A DNA stretch of 64,000 nucleotides from assembly GCA_051362555.1 (NCBI GenBank), contig CM120642.1, forward strand, positions 2,046,001 through 2,110,000, written 5' to 3'. Of this stretch, positions 52,502 through 63,803 are shown piece by piece. A program made the translations under genes and the position numbers. The notes beneath the pieces were generated by a model, which was not told where the DNA came from, did not search any database, and saw only the letters and a program-made list of their open reading frames with translations. Numbering within the stretch: the stretch's first letter is position 1; each line of letters opens with the position of its first letter. The DNA comes from Lingula anatina (Eukaryota; Animalia; Brachiopoda).

Positions 52502-54628
52502 TTATGGTCCGTTAGGACACCTACTCACGATAAACGCCCTGTAGATGTAGGTGACACAAAACTGGTAGAGATAACTGACAGTTCGATGCTTGTTTCAAGA
52601 GGGATCTTTTTGGCAGATATCCAACTGTCGAAGTCAAGAGAGGAAGGTCCTTCTCAGTCAGAGCGGTATATTTTAATTAGAGATGTAGGGTGTACCGGTA
52701 CACTCTGAGAGATTGACAACATAATTAGTAAAAGAGTCTCTTAAACGGTGCATCCGAGCGCGGCGTGGCCAATTGATTAAACAGCAGAGATCGAACTCGT
52801 AGCAATTAAAACTGTATACGTTAAAGGGAGTAGACCCCTCCCCCCTCCTCTGCAGTGACAGGCTCTCTGAAAGGGCGACGGTACAGACTGTAGCGCTTAA
52901 ACACACCGCGTAATGTGGAAAGGATCAATATTGTGGACATCAATGCCAGTCTGATTATTACTCGGTCAGAACAGACTACGTGAATTGATAACCATCGTGT
53001 TCGATTAAGTTACACTTTCAAAAAAAAAAAAAAAAAAAAAAAAAAACATGGGATTTTTTAAATGTCGTTTTACTTTTTTCACTTAATTTGCCCGAGCTTA
53101 AATTCCCGAATACGGTACAACCCTTCAAAATTAAAAACTCTGCTACTTCTGCCGAAAAAAAATTTTTTTTGCTACGTCTGCCGAAAACTCTTCGCGAAAT
53201 CAGTACAAGCAAATCGTATAAAAGAAGTTGCCTTTAAAATGTCTAGACACTGCGTATGGGTTTGGAAAGGATCAAATTGAACCTATTGTATTTTTAGCCC
53301 CAAAATTTATCTGAAGACTTACGAGTAGAAGTTAGAGTTATGTGAAGTTAGTTTTGGAGGATTTTATTTTGACGCAATGACTCCCACGAAACAGCAGGAC
53401 ATACTGCTAATAAAGTGAAATAACACAGGGCCTAATTTATATATTTTATTTAGCTAGATGTGACTATCATGTTTGCATGATAAATTCACACACTTTACCA
53501 CATTACCACATGTGAATTCTTACTGGGAAATATATGTAAAAGGAAGTTCTTGTTTTGTCTTAAAGATGTAATGGCTTAACTTATGTAACAATCACAAACA
53601 AGAAGAAAATTTTAATACTTTTTAAATTTCTCATTATTTGCATTTTGTCTTCAGTCTTAAACATCGAGAGATCTTAAATGCAGCATAGGTTAGTATGTAA
53701 ATTAATTCCTTTGATAATGAATTTGAAATCACAGTAACAATATTTTAATTGTAATTAGCTATCTGCCTTATTTTTAGTAACCTTACAATCAGCAGCTGTA
53801 TTGAAATCCACAATAATTATAAATTATTTTGTGATCTTCAAACTTGAGAACATAAAATATTCCTTTCTGATTAAATACTAAAACTTAAATGTATTCATAA
53901 TTCCAAAATATTACATTATGACCTTATAAAATATAACAATGATTTATATATTATATTCATATCCAAATATTCATTTAATTCAACCTTGAACTGACTAGGT
54001 TTCAGTCTTGAAGCTGAATTGTACACCATGTGAAGTGGTAAATATTACAATAAACCATATCTCTCAATACAGTGCATTCCTAGATCATTCTTGAACTAAA
54101 ATGATATGATGAAACTTGGGCACATTAAATTACCTAATTATCATCATAAATCCATTTAAAATGGAATACCAGTGATAGCAAATTTTGTTACATTCCTTCT
54201 CTGTAGGATGTAGTGTTCATATTGGGGGGGGAGGGGGGGGGGGGTAAAATAAGCTACCATGCCAACTGAAGCCACAGTTGCAAGTTTTACAACTCAAAGT
54301 ATGATGTGTTAAAATATGGCTTTCATTGTCTCTTCTCTAAAGATGACGGAAAGTAAACTGTTTTAAATAAAAAAAATTAAAGCTTGCTTTTCTCAAAATC
54401 CTTAGTATTCACATCTGGTTCCTATACTAAATCCTAACTGTCTTGAAATTGATTTTCTGCTCAGATGATTATACTATGATTTCTGACTAATGTTTTGGTC
54501 AGTGAACTTCATGTCAACCACCCTACGCACCCAGGCTTATCAGGCTTTCTTAAGTTTTTGTTAAATATCTTGGTGCACTTAGGTCAACACCTGTTATTGG
54601 CTGTTTGTCTTAATGAAGTGTTGATGTG

Positions 54629-57600
54629 TCAGTAGTATCCCCCTCCACCTCTGCCTTGGTGAACAAGAAGTTGCTGTAACTTCTCCTCTTTTGTTCTCCT
54701 CAAGTGAAAAATCTGTAAAGACATGACATTTGACCTTGAGAAATTGATCCAAGATCACGTGAAATATCTGTATCCAAAACTGATCAAAGATTAAATGATA
54801 TGATTTTATTCCTGTTACTGTTTATCATTGTGTAATTTCAATAGGTGAGAATTCTAAACATCTATCTCATCCATCAATAAGACACAAAGATTGTCTTGTT
54901 TTCAGTTAGAAAATATACTAATCAGCTACATCCTGAAAAATTGTAATATTCAGAATTACTGTGCAGGTTCATGTGGTCTTTTAATATTTACATCACACTG
55001 ACAGCAATAACATTAAATAAACTGAGTAAAACAGATCACTATCGTATCTCTTACCTTTCTTTTTTCTAAAAACTGTTGATTAAATGTACTGATATCACAC
55101 TTTCCTAAAATATTAATAATTCATGATTTAACATATATTCTAGTTTCATCACAATAAAGGGTATATACAGTTGATAAAATACTTAAAGTACTTATTCAGC
55201 CTTTAAAGATATTTATTCTGTTAAAACTAAGTGTATCCAAAGAAGCTATTAATACATAGTAGCTTTTGAATAACAGGTTGTAATATAAAACAAATATTGT
55301 GAAATTAATAAAATATGTACAAAATATAAAAACATCTCAGGAATACTTTTGAATAAACTTTAAAATCTTTTGTGATTCAAGATGCAACCTGTGAAAAAAA
55401 ATCAAATATGCTGTCTAATAATTTCTAAATAAAGCCAAAGTCTCATTCCAAACTGTATACCATACTTACCATCTAAGAATTCCTGTGCTATATTTTCTGA
55501 GGCCTCCTCTGCCTGCATGACAGCAATCTTGAGGTTGGCTTGCAGTTGGCCTGGGTTAAATGTACTGTGGAGTTCCTGCTGTTTCTGCACATTTTGGTCA
55601 AACTGTGATTTTAAATCTTTAAGTATTGTGAACTACAAGGAAAATAATATTAAAATGAAATTTAACTTCTATATTAAAATCTTGTAATCATGGTATAAAG
55701 GTTTTTAGTATGTATGTTATCAAAATGTCTGGTTCTAGTTGAAGAGTTGAATCTGTCCCTTGAAAGTTTTGACTGTCATTGGTCAATCTTGGTCACAGTT
55801 GACAGTATGTGGCAGCCAGATGGCAGCACAGTAACATGTGGCAAGAAGTGTCCATCCCCTGCTGCCATCTGGTGGTCAAACACTGTGAGACATGCATGCA
55901 TAAACTCGCACAACTGGATACTTGCTTGATGGAGCATATCCCCCATCTTCAATTTAATTAAAAGATATGTTTGGCCATGAAATCATTTAAGTTCATCTAA
56001 AAAAGAAAAAAGAAATCACTTCTGTGGAGCAATGTGAAATATATATCTTACCTGCTCTGACAAACTGTCTTTTAAAGATTCTATTTCTGGCTCTTTTGAA
56101 AGATTTTCCCCTAAAATGAAAGGCAAAAAATGAGAAATAATTAAAACCCAAGGTCATTGCATTTTGTTCCAGTCTAAAAGTCCAAATCATACACAAAGTC
56201 AAAGAAGAAAAGTTAAACATTATCAATGACACCTGAAGCATGACATCTGGAACATTTGTACTTATCTTACTGTAGCACTGAACAAAGTAGCACAAGATAA
56301 AGCAGGGAAAAAATCTGTTTTAAGGTAAAGCAGATTTCTACATCATGAATGATGCAAATATTAAGTATGGTCCAAATTAACAAATACACTAAATTTCACT
56401 GACTAAATTCAGAGAGGAACTAGATTCATTCTCAACCCCTCAACCAAACATAAACCTACTTGCTAATTTTTCATTCTCTTCACAAAATTCCTTTCTGTCT
56501 TTTTTCAACTGCACTAGAGAAGGCAGTTCCTCGATGATCCCCAGCAGTTTCCCCTCATCATTTTCAAACTCTTGAAGCTGTTGAATGCTGTAAAGTTAAA
56601 TAGGAATAGACATAGCTTTTTTTTAAACAAACTCTTCTAATATAACATCTACAAGCCAAACTACAAACAATTTTAGCCATAGATTTGTTATCCAAATCAG
56701 AATATCTCAGCTAAACTTTACTCCCCAAAAGGAACACAGATTATATCTATACTTATAATCGATATTCTATAATTATAGTACTTCAAATTATGTATGTATT
56801 TGTATGTACCTTTGTTACACACACAAGCTTATTTCTTTCAGTGCAAATCTGAGATGGAACTAAAGAAAAAAATCACCATTACCTCATGTTATGCAACTGG
56901 GGAAATGACACTGGTATTTCTGGCATTTGGTATTTTGTAAATGAAAAACTGGGTTCCTGAAACGATAAACAAAACAATTAGTCTTCTTGAAGCAATTAAG
57001 AGTATTTTGATCACTGCAAAATATCCACTAGTCCTTTGTTCCAATTCTTTTTGTAAAAGAGTCTAAAAGCTAGTTTGCCTCGGTATTCTGTCTGTAGAGG
57101 AAGTAATATTTCAAACTACAGAAACTGTGAAATAATTACTGATCTGTTTATTGGTTGCCCTATTATGCATAACAGACTTCAGTTTTCACAAACTCCCCAA
57201 ACTCCATCTGGCCCTTAGGCAGGGGAGGTTTAGAAGTTTGAAAGTATCTTTCTTTTGGCCAACAAAAGATCCATTCTAAATCAGCAGTTGATCTAGGTTC
57301 TATGAACACACGTAGGTGTCACAGTAAAAACATTTCTTTTTTAACATAAACCCCCCCTTGTGACATTGCTGGCAACAAGTCCGGTCATTTTCTTTGTATC
57401 ACTCCTATGAAGAAAGGGAAAGACTGGCAACTTGTAAGTTCTCTGACCTGACTTCCCGTTGTTACGTTAGTGGGTGGTCTGTACGCCCCCCGTGTGGCTG
57501 GTAGTGTGGGTGACATAACATTTGTATCCCTCACGTAATCATGGAACTCTGGAGGACCTGTGCTGCCATATGTGCTAGCATAACTGGGTAACGTAGGAGC

Positions 57601-60600
57601 TGCAGTAGACGGGTGGAGGGAATATGGTAGTGATGGAGCTCCACCTGGTGGCTGGCCACTGTCATAGCAGAAAATGAATGGAACTAAGTGAAATTTGGTA
57701 CATGTAACAGCAAAGGTATCACAACACATAGAACATCACTATTATCTTAACAAAATAAGGGAACTACTTCTTTGTTAAAAAACATGGACAAAAAATCAAG
57801 AAATAAAAATAAAAATATCAGTTGTCTGGTCCCAAATATTAAGTTAAACATGGATATAAATGAACTTACTAGGATGTGGCAGTAAACACAGGTGGATTTC
57901 TTTGAAACTCTTCCATGATATCTTTGATGGCTCGACTCAAATCTGAATGAACTGTAAACTGGAAAGAAAAACAGTGTTAAATCAATATTTATTTAGGAGT
58001 CTCAATATATACTTATTTCAGTATCCTTATATTGTGACTATTTTTAATGCTTATTCATAAACCCATTGGGGCTGCAAACTTCCTTTAATTTGTTTTGTAT
58101 ACTTATTGGCAAAAATCTATAAAGGTCCAGTGTAAGATCATCTTACTAAATTATAAATAAACATGTACAAAAAAATTAACAGATAAAAGAGAAATTTTCT
58201 GAAAAAAAAAAAAGCAATAAATTATATTTCTAAAAAAATACTAGTAATAATTTTCTACCAAATTTCCAAATTTAGAAACCTGTAGGCCTGAAAAGAATTT
58301 CACAAAGATGGAAATCCCCCTCCTGTATTCATATGTAGATTGGGGCCTCCATAGAAGCATTGACCTTTGACAGCTGACACCCACGGCAACCCATTTCAAC
58401 ATACCTTAACAAAAGGGAGTGATTCATGGCCCAGGCAGGTGGGAAAACACTGCTTAAGAAATAACTTCCTTAATTCTGTTTTGGGACTGTGGAAATTCCA
58501 CTGCTGTAGTAGAATCCCTGACAACTACTTGTATATAAGAGTGAAGCCAAATCTGATCTCGTCCATGGCATCAATATCTCTGTCAGCAGTCAAAGGATTT
58601 GATTAGTTTAAACAATGATATATATCTACAGATATATTCACTCTGTCTGGACAATCTAACGAGGTCCAAAAGGCTCAAAGCTAGCATTTTGAGGTTATCT
58701 GAGGTCATCAGTAACAGACGTGTACTTAGATATTGAGAATATCTGAACATCTCCCAGTTGCTGTAGGAGTGGTAACAAAGACAAGGTGAGTACAAAATGG
58801 CACATGTGTGGCTTCTAATTTTTTTCTATGTAGGTGTATTCAGTCAAACTTCACTTAACCTGGCATCAAACATCATGCAGTAGCACTTTACTTTTTTGAC
58901 AATAAAAGTACCAAAAGGTTAAACTCATTCAAGGAGTATGATGACATCAGCAAATGGCCTACTACCAGTACTAGTAATTTTTTTTTTATCCGTGAGTTAA
59001 GCCCCCTTTACACTGGACGGCGTCCTTTCTGCGTCCAGCAGTATGGCCCCATTTGAGCGTTAAAAAATGATAATGCTTTACATGCCGACAACTGGCCGAT
59101 CATTGAGCATTCATTCTGATACAAAATTAATGCTCGTGCCTCCTTATTAAGACCACAGCGATGCCAAATTTCATGGTCGCAGAAAGGACGCCGTCCAGTG
59201 TAAAGGGGGCATTAGAAGGTAAAATTAATCAAAAGACCAACAAGAGAATGACAAGTTAAATTTTCTCTCATGTATAGTAATAAAATCAGCAAATGCAACA
59301 AAGGGCAGATGTATGGAGGGGGTTGGAAGCAAGCTCCCACTAGGCTCAGACCGCTTATTAGGTACTGGTCTGTACATAAAATAAGACTAACGGTGTCATA
59401 TTACCCTATTACCCATAACTACTATTAGGCTCAGAAAAATCCCAACATAAGCTGTAAGGCTGCTAACTTAACTACAAAGCAAAATACCATAGGTTATCAT
59501 TAATTGAAAGTTATCTACACATATCATTTGGAAAATATCAACTCTGCATTTGACGTGCCCCAGTCTGGATTGGACACAATGGGTAACATCTGTGATAACT
59601 TAAATAAGTGGACTTCCTTGTCAAAACTTACGAGAAAACGACCTATTAGCAATTGAAAATTATATGTGGATAAATTCTGTTTGTATTTATTCAGGGTTTT
59701 ATTGGACTTGCTAGTGTGCAATTATTTCTGAATCCACTGACTCTCCCATGAAATCTTGCCTAATTTGTGAGATTTTAGACAAGAATCTTGTCTGACAGCC
59801 AATGAAACAGGACAAGAGGAAATAAGGAAGACTGATTAAAGTCATAATAACTCTTCGTTTTGGCCAAAAATTGGATTTTCCTGGAAAAAACGGCAATTTT
59901 CCCGTACTTACCAATGGTCAACGACCCCATTCCTGCATTCAAAGTTAATCCAGGGTTTTTTTCCTAAACGTACGGTTTTTTGTTAAAATCTCTTAAGAGA
60001 TTTTAACTGACGGAGCTCTCTCTCTGACATTGCAAAGTCACTGGTGACCTACTTAAAACCGCGGGAAAAGCAGACAAAAACAACACTATATAAGATTCAT
60101 GAGATATATTCGTCTTTTTGTTAAAAATGCATTTATATCCACAATGTGTGCCATTCTGGGCTTTTCGTTATCCGACGCACTGTACAAAAACTCGCAACTT
60201 ACGTCTGCGTCCGCATTAATGTGTTTGGCGCCATGTTATTTTGGTCTCGAATGAACGCGAGAATCCGCGTGACACCATTACGTCATTAGCAACGAATGCC
60301 TTGATGACTGGGAAAAATGGCATCGAAAGCCCCATTGACAAGCACAGATTTTAGTTTTACTCCAATAACGGCCGTTTTAGTGGTAAAATACGATAGAATA
60401 TATTTCCATGCGTTGTTTAAAATGTATTTCATGCGGAATTTTGAATCTCAAAGGAAGAGTTATTATTGCTTTAAATATGAAGAACTTTGTATCTTCCATT
60501 ATTGGACAAACAAATTACAATTTTAATCTTAAAAATTATTATGCACAAATTTTCAAATCAAATTACATACATAAAATAACTCTATAATTTTGTTTTCAGC

Positions 60601-62881
60601 ATGGAGAGACATCACAAAAATGCACTGCTGAACCACGAAGGATTCCTGTATGTCACAGAAAACATGCACAGTGATGAGGTAGCACCACATCTCATTGGAG
60701 ATGGTATCATCAGTGATGACCAATATGAAAACATAGCAACACAAACAGCTCCTAATGGCCAAACAAATACTGCAAAGAATACAAAACTCATGGAATACAT
60801 TATGATGTGTGATCCTGCAAAGGAACCCTTTGAGAAACTATGTAAAGCTTTGGATGACACAGACCAATCTTTTTTAAAAGGACAGCTTCAAAGTGCACTA
60901 TCAAGTGCTCTTTCCACTGCCAAGGCAGACTGCAAAGACGGCTGGACATCTGAATTCAGCACAGAAAACTTAAAATGGTGGCGCTTTAAAAAACAGACTG
61001 TATTACTTATCTTCATCCTGATACTTCTGTGCACACTCATCTTTATGTCAGGAAAAGTAATGACCAAATTGAATTCTCAAACAGAGCATCAAATAAGTAG
61101 CCACTCAAATTTAACCTTTCAATCTTTGTTTTATGAACTTTTAAAAATCTCTCCTGCTTTGCAAAACAATGGGCACCCATTCAGAAAAAATATCAGTTCA
61201 GCTGCTGCTGCCACCTATAATGCAACACTTACCACAAAAGTTGCAAAAAATACAAAAAGACCTCCAGTTGGCCTTACCAAAGGAACAAAACAATCAGGCA
61301 AAAGGAAAGGGTCTTGGGTTTCAACCAAAATGAGCTCAATGCACAAAATCAAAATGCCTGGTGCAAGAGAAGTACAACTAGTTCGAGTTGGCCTCACCAA
61401 AGATACAGAGCTATCTCTCAGTGGTGGAAGTGCTGGATCAGTAAAAATGCTGTTTGTTTTACCTCAACACCAATCATCATCATCATCATCATCTCTTGGC
61501 CACAGGAGTGGGCAGCTTTACCATGGCCTGTTCTATCAAAACAGCACAATCACACAATACTGCACGCAGCCCTGTTGATCGAGCTCAATTTATGTGCCCC
61601 TTGACCAGGGTATCTATAAAAGTTAGCATCCTAAATACATTCCTGCTTTCAAATTGACCAAAGCTTGTGGATTTTCAATGACTCTAAATCCACCATGGAT
61701 CACCAGGTGGCAGTGCCCATGTTTGTTTTCAAGAGAAGACTACTTACACTTAGCAGAGCAGGACAGGCCACCACTTGTAGTTGACTATTCACCCAGGGGT
61801 GTTGTATCGCAGGCTGTACTGTCACTTCTGGTTTTACAGAAGGAAATCCTGGGGGTAAATTTCTGGAAAATGAAAAAATCAATCTTTAGTAGAAAATATT
61901 GTTAGGTCAAGAAAAGTCTTAAAATTCATTTTTGATGTCTTTTAAATCAAGGGAACAATTGCATCACAAAATATATTTACTTATTACCTTGTATGTAACA
62001 GTGTACATATTTATTAGGCACAGAGTATAAGGATAAGATTAGGCTTAAGTTTCAGTATGGAATAACAAAGAATTCATTTTGTGTGTACCTTACCATTGAA
62101 TAAAAGTAAAATATGAGATAAAACACATTGCTAATTGATATAATCAGATAGATGAAACATTGCATGTCATCCATGAATTAAAATGTTATACTGATTTTGG
62201 TAAAAAGGAGAGTATTGTAGTGGCTGGCCGGGATTGTCCCGGGCTCGGTAGCTCAGTAGGTAAGAGCGGTCGCACAGTTTGCGTGAGTCCCGGGTTCGAG
62301 TCCCGGTCGAGCCTTGGTGTTTTCTCCCCCCAAATCGCTACAGTATATAAGGGAACTCTTACATGTAGGTAAACATACTGTATTGCATGAAAGAATTTGA
62401 ACATACAGACAATGAAACAATAAGGCTACTAGGTAGTACACATGGTGTGATGTCATGTTTTCTGAAATACTTACATTTGTAGAGTTAAAGGGCCTCCGAC
62501 CACAGTAAATGTTATTCTGTATTCTCTATCTCTCAGCACTTCTACAACACTGTAAAACAAAACCACAAACAAATCATTATCATCTGGCAAAGGAAAACAC
62601 CAAAAGTTTGGACTCTCCACCAGTACAATACGTCACATTTGGAAGGCAAAAATATTTTTTGCGATTTTTTGCGATATTTTAATAAACTGTAACAATAGTT
62701 ATTTCGCCCTTACTTAGGTAACTACTACTACTAGTGGTATCAGTATGGTGTCAGATCTGTAAATAAACACTAGCACAGACCTGTGTAAATTTTTCAACGA
62801 TTCTATCTGTCTTGTTCTTTGTTGCTCCAAGGCCGTCGGGGCTGGCAAATTAGTCTTAGGTTTGCTGAAAAACCAGCTCAT
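54629..62881 (-). CDS. VPS37A: ESCRT-I subunit VPS37A, 11 coding exons, about 382 aa
   Basis: Exons 62781-62881 (MSWFFSKP..LEQQRTRQIESLKN), 62475-62549 (VEVLRDREYRITFT), 61748-61862 (LPPGFPSVKP.V.VQPAIQHPWV), 57870-57958 (FTVHSDL...EEFQRNPPV), 57448-57658, 56883-56956 (YQMPEIPVSFPQL), 56460-56587, 56052-56110, 55470-55632 (LQANLKIAVMQAEEASENIAQEFLDG), 55055-55104, 54629-54712 (HLRRTKEEKLQQ). All GT-AG and in phase (1149 nt). N-terminal UEV-like region and C-terminal Mod(r) domain. Confidence 0.93.
59001..59210. mobile_element. PIF/Harbinger-like MITE, 210 bp, in VPS37A intron 3
   Basis: Perfect 33-bp TIR gccccctttacactggacggcgtcctttctgcg / cgcagaaaggacgccgtccagtgtaaagggggc. tta lies one base outside each end. 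Confidence 0.85.
60197..60390. promoter_or_regulatory. Putative internal bidirectional promoter in VPS37A intron 3
   Basis: CpG-rich patch with TTACGTCA (60278-60285). Outward-facing YY1-like motifs AACATGGCG (minus, about 60228-60236) and AAAATGGC (plus, 60314-60321). Minus-strand donor GTAAGT at 60197-60202. The CARD ORF ATG follows an acceptor, which implies an upstream first exon. Confidence 0.55.
60601..61578 (+). CDS. CARD-domain, single-pass transmembrane protein (325 aa), nested antisense in VPS37A intron 3
   Basis: Uninterrupted 978-nt ORF directly after acceptor ttttgttttcag|c ATG. Residues ~1-96 follow a CARD pattern (M...H..AL..H...L...M....V..HLI.DGIISDDQYE.I......KN.KL..YI......FE.L..AL..T.Q..L...L). 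Basic KWWRFKKQ precedes hydrophobic TVLLIFILILLCTLIFM (133-149). N-glycosylation sequons at N170, N197, N207 and N314. Confidence 0.8.
   Translation: MERHHKNALLNHEGFLYVTENMHSDEVAPHLIGDGIISDDQYENIATQTAPNGQTNTAKNTKLMEYIMMCDPAKEPFEKLCKALDDTDQSFLKGQLQSALSSALSTAKADCKDGWTSEFSTENLKWWRFKKQTVLLIFILILLCTLIFMSGKVMTKLNSQTEHQISSHSNLTFQSLFYELLKISPALQNNGHPFRKNISSAAAATYNATLTTKVAKNTKRPPVGLTKGTKQSGKRKGSWVSTKMSSMHKIKMPGAREVQLVRVGLTKDTELSLSGGSAGSVKMLFVLPQHQSSSSSSSLGHRSGQLYHGLFYQNSTITQYCTQPC
62216..62342 (+). mobile_element. Solo LTR of a tRNA-containing TRIM (Helenus-like), 127 bp, in VPS37A intron 2
   Basis: Begins TGTAGTG and ends CGCTACA (TG..CA, imperfect inverted ends), with 4-bp TSD GTAT (62212-62215, 62343-62346). 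Internal tRNA-like unit 62242-62313 has acceptor stem GGCTCGG/TCGAGCC, A box TAGCTCAGTAGG and B box GGTTCGAGTCC. Confidence 0.75.
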
Positions 62882-62899
62882 GTTCTAAGTGATGATCAG

Positions 62900-63140
62900 T
62901 CTGAATTGTAAAGCTAAATAGACGTGTTTTTAAAACTTCATACCTTTAATCATACAGGAAGTGTGAAGTACGTCATCGATTTTGCGCTCTATATATCCCA
63001 CAATGCACTAGTTGCCCACCTTGCGCAGTCGCCAAGCTAAGTACAAGTTCTGAAAAGAAAGACAGGAAACCCAAGCAAAAACTATCATTTAACCCCTGAC
63101 CGAGGGGCGATCATAGCAACCTGCATGGTGTGAGGTAAGA
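62900..63140. promoter_or_regulatory. Putative bidirectional promoter for VPS37A (-) and CNOT7 (+)
   Basis: Divergent start codons at 62881 and 63690. Plus-strand donor GAG|gtaaga at about 63135 and acceptor tatttcag ending at 63608 define a CNOT7 5'UTR intron. CpG-rich, with TACGTCA, TATCGAT/ATCGAT and TAGCAAC motifs nearby. Confidence 0.55.
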
Positions 63141-63689
63141 AGACTTAGAGTAGTTTGCTACACTATCGATTTTATGGAAAGTAACCGATTAAAAAGATCG
63201 AAAACCCGCCAACATTTCCCCGACCCCCAGTGCCCTTGCCCGCGGTGCACGAGACGAATATATACCAGTTGTTTACTCCTTTACTACAGCAATATGTGCA
63301 GTTAATATGGTTAAGTGGTCTCTTTTGATCAAGAGATGATTAGGTTAATAAAGGTTGTACCTCCTGTGTGGTTACATACAGGATGTGATATGAGTGGCGG
63401 TTCAACCGATTGGCTTAAGCACAGTCCATCGTCAGATTTCGGAGGGGGTATTTTATTAATGAATTAAATTGAATGACTGATGTAAGATGGACACGCTTCG
63501 CAAATTCTGTATTAAAAGATATTTTATCTTTGAGGTATGCTTAATCGAAACGTCAATTTTGTCACACTTTAAATGATTGCATACAGTCTTTGTGCCGTTA
63601 TATTTCAGATTGAGTCATACTGAATGAAGCAGACTATTTTAAGATAAACTTGAAAAGGCTAGCACTGCAGGGAAAGCAAGGAAAGAAGT

Positions 63690-63803
63690 ATGCCATCAGC
63701 GACCCAGCAAGACCATGGTATTCAAGATGTATGGGCAAGCAACCTTGAGGAAGAATTTGCCAAAATCAGACAAATGGTCCCAAAATACAGATACATTGCA
63801 ATG
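63690..63803 (+). CDS. CNOT7: First coding exon of CCR4-NOT deadenylase subunit CNOT7/CAF1 (gene continues beyond the window)
   Basis: MPSATQQDHGIQDVWASNLEEEFAKIRQMVPKYRYIAM|gtatga matches the CAF1 N-terminus (I.EVWA.NL.EE..KIRQ...KY.YVAM|DTEFPG). Phase-0 donor just before the expected DTEF motif. Too short for the ORF track. Confidence 0.92.

Noticed and set aside
52821-53237. Kolobok-like element bounded by ttaaagg ... cctttaa
   Set aside because: Sequences inside the TTAA ends are not inverted repeats beyond 3 bp.
61314-61604. Overlapping alternative-frame ORF with a poly-Ile stretch in the CARD gene
   Set aside because: The poly-Ile comes from the (TCA)n microsatellite read in another frame. 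There is no evidence for independent coding, although a frameshift polymorphism cannot be excluded.
62242-62313. Functional tRNA gene
   Set aside because: The anticodon stem has only 3 pairs and the loop lacks U33. The unit sits within TG..CA ends and a 4-bp TSD, so it is better explained as part of an LTR.
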